Positions 40,001 through 46,564 of a stretch of 46,564 nucleotides of DNA are shown piece after piece. The stretch covers positions 1-46,564 of the forward strand of contig JWZX01002723.1 of the NCBI GenBank assembly GCA_001275005.1. Reading direction: 5' to 3'. A program made the translations under genes and the position numbers. Position 1 is the stretch's first letter; each line of letters starts with the position of its first letter. The notes beneath the pieces are model-generated. The model was not told the origin of the DNA, made no database searches, and worked only from the letters and a program-made list of their open reading frames with translations. Origin of the DNA: Chrysochromulina tobinii. Its lineage: Eukaryota.

Positions 40001-42075
40001 TCGTCGTGGGCGACCTTGGCGGCCGGCGTGAGGGACTGGAGGCGTGCCCATTGCTGCTGCCATTCAAGCTCCGTCGGGCTCTTGGCGGGCGTCCCTAATT
40101 TGGGTGTCCCACCGACGGATGTGGGGACAAGGGCACGCGAGCTGCGGCCCGCGCCGCCGGCGCCAACGCGGCTCTCTGGTGTGCAGCTGCTCGCGGCGAC
40201 ATCCCTCGCGGCAAAGCGTGAGCTCGTCGCCTGGAACGAGGCCGCGTACACATCAGCCACGCTCTGGGCCTCCCCGCCCGAGCTATGGACTATTGCCATA
40301 CCGGCGGGGGAAGGCTGCGGCGACACGGCGGAGGGCGGTGGCACGGCCGGCGGCATCGCAGCGTAAGCGGCGGGCGGCGGCGGCTGGCCCAGGTATAGAC
40401 CTGGCGGCTCGGAGCGAGCCATCGCACCAGTCAGCGCGGCAGGCGGCGGCATCGGCGGCGGCATCGGCGGCGGCATCGGCGGCGGCATCGGCGGCGGCAT
40501 CGGCGGCGGCATCGGCGGGTAGTTGTATGCGGAGGGCGGCGGCTGCGGTGGAGGAGCAAAGGCCGACTGAGGGGCGGGGTACACCGGTCCGGCGTACACC
40601 GGTCCGGCGGCGTACGGGTAGCCGCCAGCGAAGCCGCCGCCTCCGCTCGGCATGCCGCCATCACTCCAGCCGCCACCGCCGCTGTAACCGCCGCTGTACG
40701 CCGCGCTGCCGCCAGTGTAGTAGGCACCGCCGCTGCTGGCACGTACGTCGGGCGTGCGCGGTGCGAGCTCTGGCGGCGGCTGGAGCGAGCCCCTGCCGGG
40801 CACAGGCTCGGAGGGCGGCAGCGGCGGTGGCACCAAATGTCGATCCGTTCGAGGCACGAGCCTCGGATCGGCGCTCAGCTCGGTGGGGCCAGCGGCCGAA
40901 AAGGTCGGGTGCGTGCCGTTGTCGAGGTGCACACACGCGACGGCGTGGAAGTCACCGAGCGCGAGGCAGGCGAGACGCTGCCCGCGCCCCACCGGCAATG
41001 CGAGCCGCTCGCCGGGCGTCGCGAGCACTGGAGCGAGGCCCAGGGGCAGACCGCCGAAGCCGCCCGCGCCGCCGCCGCCGCCGCCGCCGCCGCTGCCGCT
41101 GGGGCCCGTTGAGAGGCACTGGGCGCTGCCGTCGCTGCGCAGCACGAAAGCGTAGCCGCCGCCCACGACCAGCTGCTCCGCGAGCGGCGCCGCCACCTCG
41201 CCCGCATCGCGTGTGTCCTGGCTCGCGGGTGTGGGCGCAGCACCGTCGCGGGCGCTCACATGCTGCCATCGGACGAGACGACTCCCCTCAGCTGTCAGCA
41301 GCAGAGCGAGCGTGTAGTCGCCGCCGCAGGCGAGCTTGAGCGCGCCGCCGAGCCACACGCAGCGCGTCGGCTGCGGCGGCACGTGCATGGGCGGCCCGGC
41401 CGCCGACGCCGTCGCCGCGCTGCCGCCGCCCGTGCCGCGCACAGCGGCATGTTGCCACGTGTAGACTTGCGCGTCGGAGGTGAGCACGGCGGTGTGGCGC
41501 GTGCCCGCGGCGAGCTGCACGATCGCCACGTCGCGCAGCACGCCGGCCTGCACGACGCCGCCGCCCGAGCTCACCACTCCGTCCTGCTTCGTGAGCACCG
41601 ACAAATGGAAGGCGCCGGCGGCGATCAGGCGCGCGCTGCCCGCGGGCAGGTGCGAGAGGCGCGCGGGCGTCTTGGCGCACGCGGAGCCCTCCCAGCCGTC
41701 CCAGCCCCACGCGAGGACCGCGCCGCCGCCGTCGGGGCAAAGAGCCGCGCTGTGGTGCTTGCCCGCTGCGAGTTGCGTCGCGAAGGGCACCGCCTCGACT
41801 CGTCGTGGTGCCAGCTCGTTGGAGCGGCCGCCGTGGCCGAGTGCGCCCATGAGGCCCGAGCCCCAGCTGAAGACGGCGCCCGCCTCGGCGGTGAGTGCGA
41901 GCGTGTGCAGCTCGCCGCAGCACAGCTGCGAAATCCGCCGACCGTTCAGCGGCCCGGCAACGATGCGCGGCGACGAGGGCGGTGCTTCGCCTTCCTCTGC
42001 GGTCCCGTCGCCGAGCACGCCGTGCCGGCCGCGTCCCCAGGAGAAGCTCATGGCGGTCGAGGAGGGAGTCCCCAT
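37099..42075 (-). CDS. RCC1-repeat protein with a long Pro/Ala/Ser-rich disordered tail
   Basis: SWGRGRHGVLG, CCGELHTLAL, VFSWGSGLMGALGHG, AAGKHHSAA, AAGTRHTAVL, ACGGDYTLAL; first ATG 42075. Confidence 0.85.
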   Translation of the reverse strand: MGTPSSTAMSFSWGRGRHGVLGDGTAEEGEAPPSSPRIVAGPLNGRRISQLCCGELHTLALTAEAGAVFSWGSGLMGALGHGGRSNELAPRRVEAVPFATQLAAGKHHSAALCPDGGGAVLAWGWDGWEGSACAKTPARLSHLPAGSARLIAAGAFHLSVLTKQDGVVSSGGGVVQAGVLRDVAIVQLAAGTRHTAVLTSDAQVYTWQHAAVRGTGGGSAATASAAGPPMHVPPQPTRCVWLGGALKLACGGDYTLALLLTAEGSRLVRWQHVSARDGAAPTPASQDTRDAGEVAAPLAEQLVVGGGYAFVLRSDGSAQCLSTGPSGSGGGGGGGGAGGFGGLPLGLAPVLATPGERLALPVGRGQRLACLALGDFHAVACVHLDNGTHPTFSAAGPTELSADPRLVPRTDRHLVPPPLPPSEPVPGRGSLQPPPELAPRTPDVRASSGGAYYTGGSAAYSGGYSGGGGWSDGGMPSGGGGFAGGYPYAAGPVYAGPVYPAPQSAFAPPPQPPPSAYNYPPMPPPMPPPMPPPMPPPMPPPMPPPAALTGAMARSEPPGLYLGQPPPPAAYAAMPPAVPPPSAVSPQPSPAGMAIVHSSGGEAQSVADVYAASFQATSSRFAARDVAASSCTPESRVGAGGAGRSSRALVPTSVGGTPKLGTPAKSPTELEWQQQWARLQSLTPAAKVAHDDDEGAVAGGSGGRGASALTPSRSPGGRTSASAKVAALEAELRQLRASMGLGPSVHASAGATTDQRRGEHVHASAGATRATTARAAAPPAAATASALVAAPATAPPWTTSAGTSVALGGAGGASLDALVNQPGGLACTGSPRRDELVKELAAHVGAALRADLLAEVKRDLAAEMRTQVQGMQQALLAILQPHAASSRGAGKPHEASQSKPGAGKPAAPISAAPAPTADLLSPRHAHPTSSSSARVACSPHRGCGSHRDVHAPSHRTSMVTSSGTSPAYASRSADSALASAAPPAAAAPRTPHSTALHTALHTAPRTPHSTSRLPGSGLGGEGSPYSPHPTSLHGPSPLSASYSVPMPETPSRHFVSCAAPPRPFPFASEEDDLMRPATEVHAPPTGSLADGDESDAPPGTDEGVLAQTSRLTAEFLDLERLAASTAAASPAPAAESGCHPTSAAAAKAAARHPRTSRGDRTSRGGSTLALLNAGSPSCRTPRGSSAELSAIGGAAISARAAPPSRLPTPTRLQPPCRAGTVSSQSNPATIPASVPNVPFPSAASAAAAGAHHGAPRGECYDGFHAGYAYDLGDKVDLAGPGAVVGAHSGASYGDAYQDAYQDAGTRAGPAPTTAPYVPGTAHAAAMKSPGRKAPRTAPKTPGRGAKSGELPHTPSAVSPHGGGAQGTWGEGTIGGEWGECSSRDVGAGEMRSTAGGFSAVDSPKYGAKRVRAAAGAKPSARDETADKGERPHICWASCDAEPRAMPGAMPAGVQLGAPSPLPRAPPAPPSAAVPPPRAPPAKAPPRPLPEWDSTPANHVPPYKPAPSCRSRYAHVGESDYVSEASVRSASSRLSVTADGKAATARLSVSAERIGDGPAPPPPSVRLKVPRSVAKREMGADTPPLSSPMPAASVAAPSSRVPRPTPPTVAAAAPPPQPNTPASTSHGAVAGAVPGSRPVQKASRIGPKPRRDTFTPVAP
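40441..40512. repeat. 12-bp tandem repeat, 6 copies, encoding (MPPP)n
   Basis: cggcggcggcat units read directly. Confidence 0.9.
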
Positions 42076-42297
42076 CGTCTGCCAACGTGTCAGATTGTGT
42101 GTGTTCTGCTCTTGTTCGGCCGGACTGGTGGCGGCAACCGGCGGTAGAGGCGAGACGGTAGTGGCGAGGCAAAAAAACAATTGATTAGAGGATGGTGAAC
42201 GCGAACTGCGTGAAATCGTCGTTTTGTCGTTGTTCCGCTGCGCAGGCTGGCCGCCTCCCAGCCGTCGGTTCTGCTATTGCTGGAAGCCGCAGTCGCC

Positions 42298-43237
42298 ATG
42301 CCTGGAGCGCCGTTGTCGTCGCTCGTCAAGTACGAGACTCCCTCGCTGCTGACCACCAAGAGCAAGGGTGCCAAAGGTGCCAAGGGCGGCAAGAAGCTGC
42401 CGCCCGTCGAGGCGAAGCAGCCGCTCACGCAGACTGAGGACATCCTCAACTCCATCCTGCCGCCTCGGTACGCGCCTGAGCGCCTGTAGCGCTGCTCCCA
42501 GTGTAGTTCGCCTGCATGCCGAGCCAGCTGTCCACGCGACTGCGCTCGCGCCCTTATCGCCAGCGTACAGTCCGTACGGCAGCGCAAGGCCCGCCGCTGC
42601 GTGCCGCAGCTCCTTTGCCTTTTTCTGGTTCGGTCCTGGCCACGGCTGACCCACGACGTGTGCGCCTGCCGTGGGCTGTCGCAGGGAGTGGACAGAGGAC
42701 GGGCAGCTGTGGGTGCAGTACGTGTCGAGCACGCCCGCCACGCGGCTGGACGTGATCAACCTGCAGGAGCAGCTCGACCAGCGGCTGCTGCAGCGCCAGG
42801 CGCGCGAGACGGGCATCTGCCCGGTGCGCGAGGAGCTGTATGCGCAGTGCTTCGACGAGCTGATCCGCCAGGTGACGATCAACTGCGCCGAGCGGGGGCT
42901 GCTGCTGCTGCGCGTGCGCGATGAGATCCGGATGACGATCGCCGCGTACCAGACGCTCTATGAGTCGTCGATTGCCTTTGGCATGCGCAAGGCGCTACAG
43001 GCGGAGCAGGGCAAGGCTGACATGGAGATGCGGATCAAGCAGCTCGAGCAGGAGAAGAAGGAGCTCGAGCGCCAGGTGCAGGAGCTCAAGGCGAAGGCGG
43101 AGGCCATCGAGAAGCGCGAGGGCGAGCGCCGCGCTCTCGAGGAGAAGAAGCATGCCGAGGAGGTTCAGTTCCTCAAGCGCACGAACGCGCAGCTCAAGAA
43201 GGAGCTCGAGACGTACCTGGCGCCCAGCAAAAAGTGA
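42298..43237 (+). CDS. DNALI1: Axonemal inner-arm dynein light intermediate chain p28; intron 42468-42684
   Basis: SLVKYETP..TEDILNSILPPR|EWTEDGQLWVQYVSSTPATRLDV..RQARETGICPVREELY..YESSIAFGMRKAL; the GT..AG intron restores frame. Confidence 0.96.
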
Positions 43238-44053
43238 GCGAGCGGCCGACGGCGCCAGGCGCGAGCAGGTGGCGAAGAGCGACGGCGACGGCGTCAAGGC
43301 CGGCGGGTGCGGCGCACACAGCCGTTCGACACACGCACCCGAGGCCACATGCGGTGGCCGGGCGAACGGCCGCGGCGATGGTGACGAGCGAGGCCGGCGC
43401 TCGACGACGACGACGTGTACGATGCAAAGGTCGGGCCACCGCATGTGTTTGGGACAGCGCGGCTGTGTGCGCTTGTTCGCGGTGACTGTGGTGTGGCGGT
43501 GGCCGAGACCTGCTGCGTGTGCCCCCCGGGTCGTCACGCGCAGGAGCTCTCCGGTGTTCGTCAGTCGTCACGGACACGGTACGTGTGTCGTGTGGTGCGT
43601 AGTCCCAGAAGTATAATTCAAACATCGATCGCTGCACGAAAGTCCGAAAGAGTCGGGGTCTCTCAAAACTTATATCCACTCACCACTGGAATTGACGAGT
43701 AAGTCCCATAGACATAGTCGGCTCACGTGTCACGACCGACCGCACACGCGACGCTACGTTTCAATTTAACCTGACCAGCAGGTTAGCTTCAGTCTAACTT
43801 CAGAGATTAGAGCGTTAGCCCTGCACCCGCACTCGACACCCGCACCTGCTCCCCGGCCCCGAGAGCTAACCGAGAGCGAGTCAAGAGTTGATGTGTAGTC
43901 TCTGTCGTCTGTGTGCTGGGAGAGACCGACCTCACGTCATTAGCGAAATTGAGTAGCCCGAGCGAGCGAGTACTCAGTACTTGTGTTGACCGAGGGGAGC
44001 GAAGCCGTCCTTTGAGACGGTGGTATGGTGAGCGCGGGGGAACCGCGATGTAC

Positions 44054-44073
44054 CTGACTGACTGACTGACTGA
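44054..44073. repeat. (CTGA)5 microsatellite
   Basis: Read directly. Confidence 0.85.
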
Positions 44074-44901
44074 GAGAAAACTTTGTAACTTACCAAGCTA
44101 CCCACACATTGGCAGGACCCCCTGAATTGCGGTGGGTCCTGACTGAGTTGTGTACAGTGTAGTTATTTGTTTCCCGAGCCGCGACGGCGATTTTTGGGCC
44201 CCTATAATACCATAATCGATTACCTGCAGCACAGAAATCATCTCCATCAATAGAGTCTGCTGGGACTCAGAGCGAGTACCATACCGTGTTCCACGAGCGG
44301 TTGTACCACTGTACCAGCAAGACCACGCTTGGACGCTACACTCGTACGAACATGGTTTTCGAACAATGGCACCAGTGTCCCTCGGCACCCGTGTACGCGC
44401 CAGCTGTGGCTTCGAGCCCCAACTAGCAGTCATCCCGGACGGCATGCAATTCTTCGTAAGGCGACAGTTGGCCGTTTTGTAACGTAACTGTAACACTTGT
44501 TACTGCGTCCTGATCAACTTCTTGGATCTTCTTGGTGCGAACCGGCACGCAGTCGATTCTGCCTGCCCTGCTCGCGCGCGCAAAGGTATCCGTCTGCACT
44601 ACCGTCGGCCTGGCCCCAAGCGCAGACGAACGATCATCGCGCGCTCCCATGAAGCTCCCATGCCCAGCGCCGTGCCGCGCGCGCGTGGCGCCATCCCCGC
44701 AGCGCCCGCGCCGAGCAATTGCGCTGCTGGGCACGCCCGCGCCAAGCAACTTCGCTGGGCGCGCGCGCACGCGGCGAGCCAACCCAGTGGCCGTACGCCG
44801 ACGATCGATATTTCGCGCGACTCATTGCGCGCTACCCGCCCGCCTGCCTCACTACGCAGACTACATCCTGAGACTTCAAGACACCGAGAGCTTCGAGATC
44901 A

Positions 44902-45830
44902 ATGCTGCGCCTTCTGCTCGTCGCATTACCACTCGTCGTCGCCTTGCCGGCGTTCGACAAACAGGAGCTCAACGCCCTCCAGTTCGAGGTGCTATCTCCG
45001 CTTCAGCTCGAGGTGCGATCTCCGCCCAAGTCCCGCCCTCCTCGCCCAGCCGCCACGCGAGATCAACACGATAGCCCCAGACCACTCCACTCCGCACGCA
45101 CACCACCCGCCTAGCGCACACGTAATCACAATGGACGCGCGTCGGCGCTAGAATGCGGGCAAGATGATCCACCCCACGATCTACGTCGTCACCAGCCTCT
45201 TCGGAGCCCAGGGACACCAACCCACAATCCACAGGTGCGCCCCCCAGCCCGGCCGGCCGCCACGCATGCGGCGCAGCTTTCGGTCGGCCCTGCCGCTGCG
45301 CGCGCGAGGCCGGTGCGCATGCTGCAGGTGCACGAGCACGAGGCCGCGCGCGTGCGATGTCCGCTCCCGCGCCTGCCCGACTCCGCAGACTCCGCGCCCG
45401 CCGCCAGGCGCGACGCCACTTGCGCTGGCCATCGGCACGTGCGAGCGAGCGCGCCGCCTCGCCAGTTTTGCTGACGGCTTGTGCGTTGCTCCCCTTGTGC
45501 AGGCAGCCGCAGCTGCAAGAGGTCGGGCTCGACGGCCACCGTGCCCTCAACATCTCCGCCACGACCGGCAGGCGCAACGTCGACACCGCGGTCACGAGGA
45601 TCCGGCCGCCGTCACGCCCGCGGGCTCTGCCGCTTGGCCGGCGCGGAGCCTGTGCCTGTGAAGCCTGTGAGCCGGGCGCGGTCGTCCTCGAGGGTGCGGC
45701 CCCGTCGGCGCACTGCTCGACCCGCTCGCTCACCATCAAGAGCGGCCCCGTCGACTCCGGCCTGGTCATCGGCGCCATGACGGCCACAGCAAGCACCACC
45801 GCGGCCTCCACGCCGGCGCAGCCTCTCGCA
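44902..45830 (+). CDS. Putative multi-exon secreted protein of unknown function (exons about 44902-45012, 45152-45234, 45503 onward; 3' structure unresolved)
   Basis: Signal peptide MLRLLLVALPLVVA. GT..AG introns 45013-45151 and 45235-45502 join compatible frames (..LQLE|NAGKMIHPTIYVV..IHR|QPQLQEVGLDG..). Confidence 0.45.
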
Positions 45831-46564
45831 ACGGGTCCACCACATCACCGCCTCTCGCACGACGCCAGCCCACACTCACCCGCGTAGCACTCACCTGCAT
45901 CTACACCGCACACACCTCCCACTCACGTCACCGCCTGCCACTCGCAGCCCGCTTCCACTCCACCGCCCGTGCCCCAGCTCACACGTTTCTCGTGCCTGCG
46001 CGCAGCCCTCGCAAGACAAGACCTCCTCGTCGCCCACCGCGGTCGGCGAGACCCCTGGTTCGTCCTACCAGCTTCATGAGAACAACAACGCCTCGGCCGC
46101 CGCCGGCCAAGGCGCCACGCACGATGAGCCGCTTGCGGTGCGCGCAATCACTCGGCTGCACGAGTGCGAGCCAGGCGCCCGCAGCCTGCAGGGCCCGCCC
46201 ATTACGGCGCCCTCATTCCCAAGGGGACGCCTGTGGCCATCGCGCGTGGCCACCCCTGCCTCCACCCTCCGCATGGCATGTCCACGCCATGCAGTGCTCT
46301 CCGAAAGAGCTGACGGCCGAGCGATGGACGCTGCAATATCTCGCCTGCAGGTGCATTCGGACAAGACGACCACCACGGCGCTCTCGCCTTCGCAACCACC
46401 GGTATCCAGCCCACCGCCCCCTCCCGTGTCAACACCTCTGGCATCCGCGGCACCCTCTGCCCTTTGCACCAACAGAGTCACTCGCATCGGAATGCCAGCT
46501 GATGCCTTGGATGGCTGCTGCGACAACGGCGGCCCGGGCGCCGAGTACCCGGATTGCCAGTACG

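Overview
GC-rich, intron-bearing eukaryotic nuclear DNA from a flagellated alga. It carries plastid CtpA, axonemal dynein p28 and tandem AP2 domains; a haptophyte such as Chrysochromulina is my inference. Positions 1-7.5 kb (minus strand) hold a non-LTR retrotransposon of the CRE/SLACS-like group. Its RT ORF is missing from the ORF track because it runs off the window edge, but it is open for at least 1743 codons. It carries a RING-H2 finger, zinc fingers, RT and a CCHC knuckle, and is preceded by an ankyrin-repeat ORF. The rest is compact host genes: DUS, purple acid phosphatase, Sfi1-like, three copies of a secreted Cys-rich/Gly-Asp protein, an ER thioredoxin-fold protein, AP2-RING, AlkA-like, a GT1 glycosyltransferase, NEIL1-TEN1, FUT8-like, a type II membrane protein of unknown function, BRCT, TauD, CtpA, RCC1-repeat, DNALI1 and a partial secreted protein. 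The most notable items are: the ankyrin+RING retrotransposon; an in-frame NEIL1 glycosylase-TEN1 (telomere CST) fusion; a PDI b-b'-like protein carrying its own calnexin P-domain tip; an apparently inverted in-frame 321-bp segment inside the Sfi1-like gene; and an intron built from an exon duplication plus a recurrent motif. All family calls come from motif recognition by eye; no searches were run.
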